Positions 46,373 to 55,881 of a DNA stretch of 64,000 bases are shown here, in pieces. Where the stretch lies: the NCBI GenBank assembly GCA_963790855.1, contig CAWBPZ010000007.1, forward strand, positions 236,949 through 300,948, read 5' to 3'. The notes below the pieces were generated by a model that was given only the letters and a program-made list of their open reading frames with translations, made no database searches and had not been told where the DNA came from. Position 1 is the stretch's first letter. Each line of letters begins with the position of its first letter. The position numbers were made by a program, and so were the translations under genes. The DNA is from an uncultured Acidobacteriota bacterium (lineage in GTDB: Bacteria > Acidobacteriota > Terriglobia > Acidiferrales > UBA7541).

Positions 46373-46593
46373 CCGAGCGGTATACTATCTGAGTGGGGCA
46401 GTTGTATTAAAGCACTAAGAAAAGCTGGCGAAACGCAAACCGAACACTGCCCTGGTTGACCGCCTATCTCTCTAATGAAGAATGCGTTATAGATTATTTG
46501 TGGCTGGTTTTTAGCGCACAAAACAATGTGGGCTGACGGTTCGAGCTGGGTGACCGCTCCGTCTGGCAGTGCTCGCAGCGACCGTCTAATTCG

Positions 46594-48012
46594 TCAGAGA
46601 GAGCGGCCGGCAGCTGCCGACGCGGCAAGTTGCAGCTGGCAATGCGCGGCGACGAGCGCGGCTTTCATATCGCATTGCGCCACCGCGAATGTAAAACTGG
46701 AGCGCGACGAGCCCTGCGACCTGGCGAGTACAGCGATGTTTTCGCAGTTCAGTGCATTGAGCACCCGGCCGACGAGCCCTCCCGAACCGAACAGTTTCTC
46801 GCCGATGACGGTGACGAGCGCAACTTCCGATTCAAGAGCAAGGCCCTTAACGATTCCGCGCGCCAGATCCAAAGTGAATTCTTTGCGCAGCGCGTGCAGA
46901 GTTGTTGCGGCGAGCGCCGACGTAACGACCAGGGAGATTTCGTCCTGCGAAGTGGAATATTGCGGCGCCAAGCGAAGTTGGACTGGAACGCCAGCAATCG
47001 TGGCGAGCGCACGACGCAGAATATTCGGCGTGTCGGAAACCTTGGCTGCTCGCACGGTGATCAACGCAGCATCGTTCGAGCCCGTGAGAGCCCTTACTCC
47101 TGCGGCGCTTGAAGAACCTTCGGATGTGATTTTGGTTCCGGGCCGCTCGGGAGCAAAAGTATTGCGAATCGCGAGAGGAATGCCCTGCTGCATCAAAGCG
47201 TGCATCGTTTTCGGATGCAGGACTTTGGCGCCCAAGTCCGCGAGCTCCGACGCTTCGCGATAAGACATCTCAAGGATCGAGCTAGCGCCCGGCACCAGCC
47301 GAGGATCCGCGGTGAGAATACCGTCTACGTCTGTCCAGAGAATTACTTCATCTGCGTCGAGAGCCGCGCCCATAATTGTTCCGGAAAAATCGGAACTGTT
47401 GCGGCCAAGTGTTGTGGGCACGCCTTCAACAGTCGCGCCGATAAAGCCCGTCACCACGGCGACGATGCCTTGCAACACGAGCGGGCGAACACGCGCTTCG
47501 CAGCGTTCGCGGGTGAGATCCATAAACGGTTCAGCGGCTCCGTGGCAGGAATCGGTGACGACGAGTTCGGTGGCTTCGATGGCTTCGCAGAGCACGCCTC
47601 GTTCCGTGAGTGCAGCGGCAACCAGGGGAGCCGACAGGCGCTCGCCCAAGCCTGCAATCGCATCGCGCACTTGGGCTGATACTTCACGACGCTGAATGGC
47701 GTCTTCGCAGAGATGCGCGCCCTCTTGCACGCGCGCCTGAATGATTTGGACAATCGTCTGATGCTTTTCGGGCGAAGAAATCAGGACATTCGCCGCGGTC
47801 TCATGCCGCTGACGCAGTTCGTCGAAAATAGCCGCGACCGATTCGCGATTGCCGGCGTCCGCTTGGTTCGCGGCTTCGACTAATTTATTGGTCACGCCGC
47901 TCATGGCGGAGACCACCACTACGACGTTGCTTTCGCGAGCAGCGGCGCGCACGATTTCAACGACTCTTTGAATGCAGGACGCATCACCGACCGACGTTCC
48001 GCCGAATTTCAT
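46594..48012 (-). CDS. ask: Aspartate kinase (catalytic domain plus two ACT domains); the start may extend to 48342
   Basis: MKFGGTSVGD, VVVVSAMSGVTNKL and the ACT region VALVTVIGEKL. The conserved N-terminus begins at ATG 48012. An alternative in-frame ATG at 48342 forms an ATGA overlap with the ATP-grasp stop. Confidence 0.85.
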   Translation of the reverse strand: MKFGGTSVGDASCIQRVVEIVRAAARESNVVVVVSAMSGVTNKLVEAANQADAGNRESVAAIFDELRQRHETAANVLISSPEKHQTIVQIIQARVQEGAHLCEDAIQRREVSAQVRDAIAGLGERLSAPLVAAALTERGVLCEAIEATELVVTDSCHGAAEPFMDLTRERCEARVRPLVLQGIVAVVTGFIGATVEGVPTTLGRNSSDFSGTIMGAALDADEVILWTDVDGILTADPRLVPGASSILEMSYREASELADLGAKVLHPKTMHALMQQGIPLAIRNTFAPERPGTKITSEGSSSAAGVRALTGSNDAALITVRAAKVSDTPNILRRALATIAGVPVQLRLAPQYSTSQDEISLVVTSALAATTLHALRKEFTLDLARGIVKGLALESEVALVTVIGEKLFGSGGLVGRVLNALNCENIAVLARSQGSSRSSFTFAVAQCDMKAALVAAHCQLQLAASAAAGRSL

Positions 48013-48338
48013 AACGCGCAGCGGCTTCTTCACGTTTTCGTGGAGTTGGGGGTGAATTACACGGGGGTGCAGCACATGCGCCGGATAAAATTCCGAGGTC
48101 CTTGCGTTTCCATCGGGCCGGGGATTCGTGGCGTGACCGGCAGCGGACGCCTGGACCCGGCGATTGCCAAACGACTCTGCGGAAGCGAGAGATGATTCGA
48201 CCACGTGTCTGCCAGACTCCAACGGGCTCGCTGTAAACTTGGAATCCTGGGGATACGCGGTTGTGCGTTCGCCATTAATTTCGGGTTTTACGTTGCTATG
48301 CAATTCTAATCGCTCCGCGCGCCCTCGTGATTGATCGC

Positions 48339-49574
48339 TCATGTTCGAGGCAGGCGCGCCACGGAAAAAGCCTGCAGGCGATGCTGTTGCGAATACCAAG
48401 CGTCCTGTTTCTTACGAGCGCGGACGCAGGCGCGAATCAATTCGGGTTTGTCCCACGGCACATCGTGGTAGGCCGACTGCAGAAACGCGCTTGCAGGATC
48501 GCGAATCCACTCCTGCGGAAACAGCGCGAAGGTGTCGTCGTCCGTGATTTTCGCGGCTGGCCGAACCGGCTGCCCGGAAACGGCCGAATAAAGCGCCGCT
48601 GGAATATCGCGGCCAAGGCCGAGCGTAAGATGACCCACCTGAGTAGAGCGCGGATTGATTTCGATGAGGTAGGCGTTGCCGGTCTGTGACTCGAGCATGA
48701 AATCGAATCCATGCAGGCCTGAAAGATTGAGGCGGCGAACCATCTTCTCGGCAGCGGCAGACATTTCAGTGTGCTCGATCGCGCGAAGGACGGTGGCCGG
48801 TCCAGCTGAAACGCCTTTATTGAGCACTTCGAAATGGAGAGCCGCGAGGACTTCGCCTTTCCAGCAAGCGACCGCACTGGTGGCTTCGCGGCCGGCGACG
48901 AAGGTCTGCGCGTTGACGAGTGAGCGGCGACGAAGCAGAGAAGGCCACACTAAGGTCGTGTCGCGGTCAAGGAATGCACGCTTCATCGCCCGCGCTAACA
49001 GCGGAGGGGCTTGTAGAACGCGCAAGGCCCGTTCGGCGTCTTCCAGATTGCGCGCAACTCGGACACCGTCGCCACCGGAGGAAAAGTCGGCTTTCAGGAC
49101 CACAGGGAAATCCGTCTGAGCGATCCAATTTTTCAATTCACTGCTGTCGCGAATAGCTGCGGTCTTGGGAACGCGGATGCCCTCTTCCTGGGCCAACTCC
49201 ATAAATTTGGCGCGCGCATAGAGCGCTGGGAAGTTTTCGGGCGAGCCGAGCGAACTCTGAATCAACGCGCAAAGCGCGGCGCCGGAATCGCCCTTGTCGC
49301 GTTCCTGTTCGTACAGCAGATGTAAATGTTGGGTAGCCAAATCGTCGCCCGGAACAAGCACGTCTGGCTTCGCGCCACTAATCGCGTCGGCGACCGATGT
49401 GAGAGCGTCGAGACCATCGTAATTATGAGTTCGGCGTACAGACTCGGTCTTGGTAACCGGATGGTGAGAAGGGCAGACAGCTTCCACGGTAAATCCCGCG
49501 TTTGCCAACGCGACTGCTAGGCGCGCGGTGGGGAACCAGCGGGTAGTGGTGACAATCAAGACCGTCGGCTTCAC
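48339..49574 (-). CDS. ATP-grasp domain protein (carboxylate-amine ligase-like), unknown substrate
   Basis: VVLKADFSSGGDGVRVARNLEDAE and YLIEINPRSTQ. The GTG start lies 11 nt after GGGAGG. Confidence 0.75.
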   Translation of the reverse strand: MKPTVLIVTTTRWFPTARLAVALANAGFTVEAVCPSHHPVTKTESVRRTHNYDGLDALTSVADAISGAKPDVLVPGDDLATQHLHLLYEQERDKGDSGAALCALIQSSLGSPENFPALYARAKFMELAQEEGIRVPKTAAIRDSSELKNWIAQTDFPVVLKADFSSGGDGVRVARNLEDAERALRVLQAPPLLARAMKRAFLDRDTTLVWPSLLRRRSLVNAQTFVAGREATSAVACWKGEVLAALHFEVLNKGVSAGPATVLRAIEHTEMSAAAEKMVRRLNLSGLHGFDFMLESQTGNAYLIEINPRSTQVGHLTLGLGRDIPAALYSAVSGQPVRPAAKITDDDTFALFPQEWIRDPASAFLQSAYHDVPWDKPELIRACVRARKKQDAWYSQQHRLQAFSVARLPRT

Positions 49575-49704
49575 CGTGGTTCTAGCCTCCCAGTAATCCC
49601 CAGTTTGTAGTTAAGCTCGCAATGTCGCGGGTGGCAAGCGGTGCACGCCGAAAGCGAGACAGCAGCTTAAGTGGCAATCTGTTGACCAAAGTCGGGAAGC
49701 CATG

Positions 49705-49734
49705 TTGACTTTAAGTAAGATCTAAAGCTATAAA
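49705..49734 (+). promoter_or_regulatory. Candidate sigma70 promoter: TTGACT, 18-nt spacer, TATAAA
   Basis: It lies in an AT-rich patch about 350 nt upstream of the cupin ATG, which implies a long leader. Confidence 0.3.
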
Positions 49735-50081
49735 AATAAACCAGTTAGAAAAGTGGCAGCGCAGAGGGAGGAGCATTACCCGCGAGCGCAACTGAAAACA
49801 CTTGCTTATTGTGGCAAATCTATTCCCAGCCTGTTTGGAACGACGCCCTTCCGCAGGCGTCTCCGTCACGAGCAATTCACCGCGGCTTAATAGCCGATTT
49901 GCGGCACGACTGATAAGGAGTAAAGGGCTCTTCGGTGCGATCACGACGGGCGAGTACGTCTAGGACCTTCCAAATTTGGAACGACGGGGCTTGACGCGTT
50001 CAGTCTACGAGATGTATGGTAGTGGCCCTTTCGTCCCCTAGTCTGCCGACAGACTGTGATTTCCGCTTAGCGGAGGGTGCT

Positions 50082-50528
50082 ATGTCCGAATCAAACCTTT
50101 CTGAAACCTTAGCGAATGTGGAGCTTGAGCCGGGCGCCATTCCGGCGGAGTGGGTTCTCAATGGCAATCCCGAGACGCGAAGTAAAATTCTGGGAAGGAG
50201 CCGTGACCTCCTGGCTCACATCATTGTCTGGGAATGTGGTGCGGTGAGCTACAAGTGGCACTACAACCAGGACGAAGCCTATATTGTACTCTCCGGTGAG
50301 GGATTCGTGACGGAAGAGAAAGGCGTAGAACGTCGGGTTGGTCCTGGAGATGCGGTGTTCTTTCGCGCGGGAACCAACACGACATGGCGCCACCCCGATC
50401 ATTTCAAAAAGATCGCGGTCCTCAAGGAGTCTGTCGCGCGCCCTGTGGGAGTCGGTTTGAAATTATGGAACAAGCTTCTCCGGATGGTGGGTATCGTTAG
50501 CACATCGCCATTCCCTCGCTCAGCGTAA
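50082..50528 (+). CDS. Cupin domain protein (cupin_3/DUF861-like)
   Basis: YKWHYNQDEAYIVLSGEGFVT...GPGDAVFFRAGTNTTW. ATG 50082 lies 4 nt after GGAGGG. Confidence 0.7.
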   Translation: MSESNLSETLANVELEPGAIPAEWVLNGNPETRSKILGRSRDLLAHIIVWECGAVSYKWHYNQDEAYIVLSGEGFVTEEKGVERRVGPGDAVFFRAGTNTTWRHPDHFKKIAVLKESVARPVGVGLKLWNKLLRMVGIVSTSPFPRSA

Positions 50529-50652
50529 TGTCTTGAGCGAATTGGATAATTCAACGAAGCGCCAAGCCGGTTGGTGGAGCACTCGGACTCGGGTGTCAGG
50601 CGAGTTTGGAATGCCCGACGAGCGGGTGTGAGTTCCCCCTAACACCAGCAAA

Positions 50653-51609
50653 ATGAACATAAGACAGAAGAACGACAAACTTCACCCTGGCGATCTCGTC
50701 GAAGTCAAAACTCCCGATGAGATACTCGCCTCACTGGACGCCAATGGAACGGTAGACCAGCTGCCATTTATGCCCGAGATGGTCGAACTCTGTGGAAAAA
50801 GATTTCGGGTCTCTAAACGGGTAGTAAAAACCTGCACTTCAGGCACGAAGGCCGGCTCAAGCATGCGCGTATTCCGCACCGACGATGTGGTGCTGCTGGA
50901 TCGGGTGCGCTGTTCGGGTGCGGACCACGACGGGTGCCAAAAGGCATGCACGATCTTTTGGCGAGAAGCGTGGCTTCGCAAGGTTGACCAATCCACCGTC
51001 CCGGCAAAGACCGAAGCTGAGAGCGAACGACTTCGAGCCACGCTTAAGACAAAGGTTAGCCCAAAAACCTATTTTTGCCAGGCTAGCGAGATTTTGAACG
51101 CGACCAACCACATGTCGCGGAAAGAGCGGTTCACCAAGTGCGTTAGCGAAATCCGTCAGGGAAACTGCAGCATTGGAGAGATGGCTGTACGAATCGGGAT
51201 ATGGACAGTCTGGAGAATTCGACGAGTTTTTCTCGGGCCCTATGCTCGCGGAACGAATACGTCCACGCCGGTGGAAACCTTGAATCTGAAGGCCGGAGAG
51301 TTGGTAGAAGTCAAACCGATCGAGAATATTGTACTAACGCTGGATAAAGCTGCGAACAATCGAGGGTTGTGGTTTTCGCCGGATATGCGGCTATCGTGCG
51401 GTCAGCGGCGACAGATAGAGAACCGGATCGAAAAGATCATCGTAGATGGAACGGGAGAAATGCGGCAACTCCGCAATACCGTCTTCATCGAAGGTTCGCT
51501 CTGCGGCTGTCCCCATGTGGCGTTCGGCGGATGCACGCGCAGCGAATACGTATACTGGCGGGAGATTTGGCTTCGTCGCGCCGACGAGTCCCGGCTGCCA
51601 TCTGCCTGA
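50653..51609 (+). CDS. Uncharacterised protein with two copies of a Cys-containing domain of about 105 aa
   Basis: Residues 10-114 and 212-316 align: G(D/E)LVEVK...LD......L.F.P.M...CG.R.......K...........M..........C.G......GC......WRE.WLR. I recognise no family. Confidence 0.6.
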   Translation: MNIRQKNDKLHPGDLVEVKTPDEILASLDANGTVDQLPFMPEMVELCGKRFRVSKRVVKTCTSGTKAGSSMRVFRTDDVVLLDRVRCSGADHDGCQKACTIFWREAWLRKVDQSTVPAKTEAESERLRATLKTKVSPKTYFCQASEILNATNHMSRKERFTKCVSEIRQGNCSIGEMAVRIGIWTVWRIRRVFLGPYARGTNTSTPVETLNLKAGELVEVKPIENIVLTLDKAANNRGLWFSPDMRLSCGQRRQIENRIEKIIVDGTGEMRQLRNTVFIEGSLCGCPHVAFGGCTRSEYVYWREIWLRRADESRLPSA

Positions 51610-51725
51610 AGAGCACGAACAGCACATTACGCAGTTCCTTCGGCGAACGAGTAATATTGCCGCTAGCACCGAAAACCCACCGACTTACCATGCAATGGAG
51701 CGAATCGGCCGTTCCGTTGTGCCAC

Positions 51726-52805
51726 TCACTCGGGGACGGCTGGGGAAATCGACCAGCGATCCGTGGCAGCCGGCTTCGATACGAAGAATCGTTTCAGGTT
51801 CAGGAATGGCTTTTCCAACAGATTCCAGGACAACGCGGCCAGCGCATAGCTCGCGACGAAGATGATCGGCGGCGGAAGGAAAGGCTGCTTATCCAAATGA
51901 AGGGCTTGCACCATGCCGAATGGAATCTTATGGAGAAGATACAACCCGTAACTAATGGACCCTGTATAAACCAAGAATCGGTTGGTCATCACAGCGTGGA
52001 GCCAGGGCCGTTCGGAAAACAAGGAAATGTAGACAAACGCTGCGGACGCTATCGCGGTGAAGGAATAAACAATCCATTTTGCGTTGAAATCAGAGGTGAG
52101 AAACGCGAGCGGTGCAGCGATAGCCAGCGTGATCCATGCTGCCCTGAGTAATCTCAACGGAACAAAATTGTCGGATCGGACAAGAAGTGCCAGAAGCGCT
52201 CCCGCCATGAGCCCGTCCAAGCGACAGAAGACGTTCGTGTACAGGTTCACGTGGTGCAGCGACAGGTAGTAGCGCAGAGCCGGAGAAATACAGAGCTCTG
52301 CGATGGCGACGCGGCGGAGTTGCGTCAAGGAGCAGAACCGCGCCACCAGGGGCCAAATCAGATAAAACTGTTCCTCAATGGCAAGGGACCAAGTGACACC
52401 CAGGGGTCCTGCGGCATTGGTCGAAAGCGGAAGCAAGAAATTCTGCAGGAACAAGGGAAAGGCCCACCAGGGCGACGATGTTTGAACGACCTCATGGAAT
52501 TCCGATCGGCTGAGGAAACGGACGATGACGAACATGAAGAAGAGTAGCGAATAATAAAGTGGCCAAATCCTTAGACAGCGCCGGACGTAGAAATTCTTGA
52601 AATATCCGTCGGACCTATTGGTATCGATGAGAATGCCGGTAATCAAAAACCCGGAGAGGACGAAAAACAGATCAACTCCCATCCATCCGTTGCTGAACAA
52701 TTGTTGGGAATGGAGCACGGGATACTTGAGGCTGATGTTATGCATCATGACGACCAGAATCGCCACACCGCGAACTGCATCGAGTTGAGGAATTCGTCGC
52801 TGCAT
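51726..52805 (-). CDS. Acyltransferase family 3 integral membrane protein
   Basis: MQRRIPQLDAVRGVAILVVMMHN, GWMGVDLFFVLSGFLITGIL and about 10 TM helices. The start was trimmed to ATG 52805. Confidence 0.8.
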   Translation of the reverse strand: MQRRIPQLDAVRGVAILVVMMHNISLKYPVLHSQQLFSNGWMGVDLFFVLSGFLITGILIDTNRSDGYFKNFYVRRCLRIWPLYYSLLFFMFVIVRFLSRSEFHEVVQTSSPWWAFPLFLQNFLLPLSTNAAGPLGVTWSLAIEEQFYLIWPLVARFCSLTQLRRVAIAELCISPALRYYLSLHHVNLYTNVFCRLDGLMAGALLALLVRSDNFVPLRLLRAAWITLAIAAPLAFLTSDFNAKWIVYSFTAIASAAFVYISLFSERPWLHAVMTNRFLVYTGSISYGLYLLHKIPFGMVQALHLDKQPFLPPPIIFVASYALAALSWNLLEKPFLNLKRFFVSKPAATDRWSISPAVPE

Positions 52806-53109
52806 TCTTTCTGTGACGCGAAGTGGGTTGGGCAACAAAGGCAGTCCCGCACAGTTCGAGCCGGGCCGCCGCCGGATTTCAGCGATCCAATCTGCGAAAA
52901 ACACGAGTACAGGGAAGAGTATATTCGAGTGCGCGGGCTTTGGCAGCCGCGAACTCGATCAGCGCAATCCCACAGACAGGGCGGTGACTAGGACACCGGC
53001 GCATTTCCTATTGCGTTTGCGAATTTCAAAATATTCGCCGCCAGCACCGAAAGTGCGCGGCGATGTCGAGGAGGCCTTGCAACGATGACCGTTCCCGGCA
53101 CGTCGCCAA

Positions 53110-53670
53110 TTAACTGCGGCACGCGCGACGATTTGCGGTCGCGGCACGTACCATCAGACAGGCAAGTCCGATCGTGAGCATCAAGAGAGATCCCGTTTCC
53201 GGTGACGGAGCGACGGGATCACTGAAAGTTTGCGTCTCGTCTTGTGGAATTAGCATGCCGGCGCCGGAGCTGAAGATGGTGCCGTCCACGCCGGGGAGAT
53301 ACAGAGTCATGTCAACAAAGCCGCCAGAGGAACTCGCGCCTTCGAGCGAAGTGTAAAACGTAATCCCTTCGCCGTAGGTTCCCCCATTCCCCCACGCCAA
53401 GTTACCGCCGAAGTCGTAGGTAAGCGTGAACAGGCCGAGATTCGCGCCCGAGTCTGAGAATGTGATGTCCGATGCCGAATCGGTTGTCAGGTCATACGCG
53501 TAAGAGAAATCAACAGCGAACGGGCCGTTCCAGTTCGGAGTAGGCTCGCCCGGGCCAGCAGGATTTACAAACGTCGCGGTGCCGCTCACGATTACTTCCG
53601 AATCCGCATTCGCGGAAGCGGCGAGTACAGCAATCGCTGCAAGCGCTAAAAGCAACTTCCCAAGTTTCAT
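53110..53670 (-). CDS. PEP-CTERM-type secreted protein
   Basis: Signal MKLGKLLLALAAIAVLAASANA and a C-terminal SPETGSLLMLTIGLACLMVRAATANRR (PEP-like motif, TM helix, basic tail). GGGAGG lies 5 nt before the ATG. Confidence 0.6.
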   Translation of the reverse strand: MKLGKLLLALAAIAVLAASANADSEVIVSGTATFVNPAGPGEPTPNWNGPFAVDFSYAYDLTTDSASDITFSDSGANLGLFTLTYDFGGNLAWGNGGTYGEGITFYTSLEGASSSGGFVDMTLYLPGVDGTIFSSGAGMLIPQDETQTFSDPVAPSPETGSLLMLTIGLACLMVRAATANRRACRS

Positions 53671-53699
53671 TTCGTCCTCCCGAGCCTTAGATGCGTCTG

Positions 53700-53729
53700 A
53701 TTGTCAGCTGGGGTATGCAAAAGGGTCAA
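53700..53729 (-). promoter_or_regulatory. Candidate promoter for the PEP-CTERM gene (TTGACC, 17-nt spacer, GACAAT)
   Basis: Read on the minus strand. It would give a leader of about 25 nt. Confidence 0.3.
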
Positions 53730-54636
53730 TAAAGGCGCATTTGCCGCGGCCCATTTTTTTCCTCATATAGACCATCTTACTTCCCGAAAAATCCAAGTCA
53801 CTTCTCTTTTCGAGCCGGATTTTGGCTACTCTGAGATCATCCAGCACGCAGCGTTCCCAAGCAGCCGATCGTATAAACCATCTGGAACCTGGATTTTAGC
53901 ATCGCAGGGCGGGAGAAAACTCGCCTCCCACCAATTCCAGTGATGAGTAGTGAAGAATCGCGGCAAATCGTTTCCCGAGAATCGCAAATCGCCGAGGGTC
54001 GCGAGGTCACTGTAATCTCGTGCGCGCTGGCCGCGACCTGAGGTATGCGAAACGCGCCACCGGAACCCGCCAGCCCCCGAAGAGTGCAAAGGGTAGCGCT
54101 CCTGTCGGCATGTCTAGCGCCGCTCTACGGTTCCTTGGAGTTGTGGCTCGCACTCACCTTGAGTTCGCCAAAGCTCTTACTCATCGTCGTTGCTACCATC
54201 CCTGTGGAGCTGTGGCGATGATAGCGCTCGAATTGCTGGATTGATCCAGTTCATCGTGCCCCGCTCATACGGGTTAGCCGAACAGCTTAGGAATTGCCGC
54301 CAATGAAGGCGCCCAGTGAGAGGTCCGCACTCTGCCACCGCCGGGGTTTCCGTCGGACGGCGGTGTGTAAAGGATTGGCCGATAGGGAAAATAATTTCCG
54401 CAGTTTGCGTTGTTCATACACGCAGGCTGCTCATTCTAAGGATGTTACGGAATCCCTCAGAGGTAATGAGATTGCAACCTACCGTGCAGAAGGCACTATC
54501 CGAGTAGCTACAGGCCTGCAGACAGCATCTGGACAGCCATCTGATCTCGGGTCAGTATCGAGTATGACCACCATTCATGGACGGCGCGGTGGGCAACGAG
54601 CAACACAATCTACGGAGAGGGATTAGCCCAAAGACT

Positions 54637-55881
54637 ATGATTGAAACAGCGATTATCGGCGCAGGTCCTTACGGACTCTCGATCGCCGCGCATTTCCGCA
54701 GTCGCGGAATATCGTTCCGCATTTTCGGCCGCCCGATGGACAGCTGGGTGGCGCACATGCCAAAAGGCATGATGCTGAAATCGGACGGTTTTGCTTCGAA
54801 CATCTACGATCCGAACGCGCAATTCACTTTGAAGGATTTTTGTGCCGAGCGCGGGATTGAGTACGCGCATATGGGGAATCCAGTAAAACTCGCGACCTTC
54901 GGCGACTACGGGATGGCCTTTCGCGATCGGATGGTTCCGGAACTGGAAGACAAGATCGTCGCGAGCGTGGAGCGCGCGGCGGACGGATCTTTTGTGTTGC
55001 GCTTGAATGATGGGGAGGAAGTGAAGGTTCGGCGAGTGGTGCTGGCGATCGGTATCACGCATTTTGTGCACGTGCCGGAAAACCTCGCGCATCTGCCGCC
55101 ACAGTTTTTGTCACACAGCTACAATCACCATGACCTCGCAGCATTCAAGGGGCGCAGCGTCGTGGTGTTGGGCGCCGGTTCTTCGGCCATTGATATGGCG
55201 GCGTTGCTGCGCGACGCCGATGCGGATGTGCAGCTTGTGGCTCGCGCCACGTCTTTGAAATTTCACACTGCGCCGCAGCCAGGCAAGCGCCGTTCGTTGT
55301 GGAAGCGTCTGCGGCATCCGGATTCGGGGCTTGGTCCCGGCATGAGGTCGCGATTCTTCTCGGATGCGCCTGCGCTGTTTCACTTTTTGCCGGAAGGATT
55401 GCGTCTGAAGGTGGTGCGAACGACCCTTGGGCCGTCCGCAGGATGGTTCGTGAAGGACAAAGTGATGGGGCGCGTGCCGCTCGTGCTCGGATACAACGTC
55501 GAGCGCGCCGAGGTTCAGAATGACAAGGTACATTTGCATCTGCGCGCGTCGGACGGTTCGACTCGAGAAATCGTCACGGATCATGTTGTTGCCGCGACCG
55601 GATACAAGGTGGATACGGAACGACTGAAGTTCCTGAATTCCGAAATCCGCGCGAAGCTCAAGTGCGTCAACGGCACACCGGTGCTGTCGTCTAATTTCGA
55701 GTCCTCCGTGCCCGGGCTATATTTTGTCGGGCTTGCAGCGGCGAATAGTTTTGGACCCGTGATGCGCTTCGCATTCGGCGCGGGGTTCGCTGCAAAACGC
55801 CTGACGCAAGCCGTGATGAAAGCCGTGGCGCGGACTCCCGCAAAAGTTCGGGCTTCCCACATGTCCACCATCACGGAATGA
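54637..55881 (+). CDS. Class B flavoprotein monooxygenase-like FAD/NAD(P)-binding protein
   Basis: IIGAGPYGLSIA and VVVLGAGSSAID dinucleotide motifs and an ATGY motif (VVAATGYKVD). The start was trimmed to ATG 54637. Confidence 0.75.
   Translation: MIETAIIGAGPYGLSIAAHFRSRGISFRIFGRPMDSWVAHMPKGMMLKSDGFASNIYDPNAQFTLKDFCAERGIEYAHMGNPVKLATFGDYGMAFRDRMVPELEDKIVASVERAADGSFVLRLNDGEEVKVRRVVLAIGITHFVHVPENLAHLPPQFLSHSYNHHDLAAFKGRSVVVLGAGSSAIDMAALLRDADADVQLVARATSLKFHTAPQPGKRRSLWKRLRHPDSGLGPGMRSRFFSDAPALFHFLPEGLRLKVVRTTLGPSAGWFVKDKVMGRVPLVLGYNVERAEVQNDKVHLHLRASDGSTREIVTDHVVAATGYKVDTERLKFLNSEIRAKLKCVNGTPVLSSNFESSVPGLYFVGLAAANSFGPVMRFAFGAGFAAKRLTQAVMKAVARTPAKVRASHMSTITE

Noticed and set aside
48013-48338. 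A possible lysine (L-box) riboswitch in the aspartate kinase leader.
   Set aside because: I compared it by eye with the B. subtilis lysC L-box core as remembered (AGAGGTGC, GAGTA, GTCGCCGAAG, CTGTCA). Only a vague GAGGGCGC resemblance was found. This needs an Infernal scan to be definitive.
54125-54184. A 19-aa minus-strand mini-ORF (MSKSFGELKVSASHNSKEP), overlapping the stop of a 25-aa mini-ORF, considered as a RiPP precursor candidate.
   Set aside because: It has no convincing RBS, lies 4.5 kb from the ATP-grasp gene with unrelated genes between, and ORFs this size arise readily by chance.
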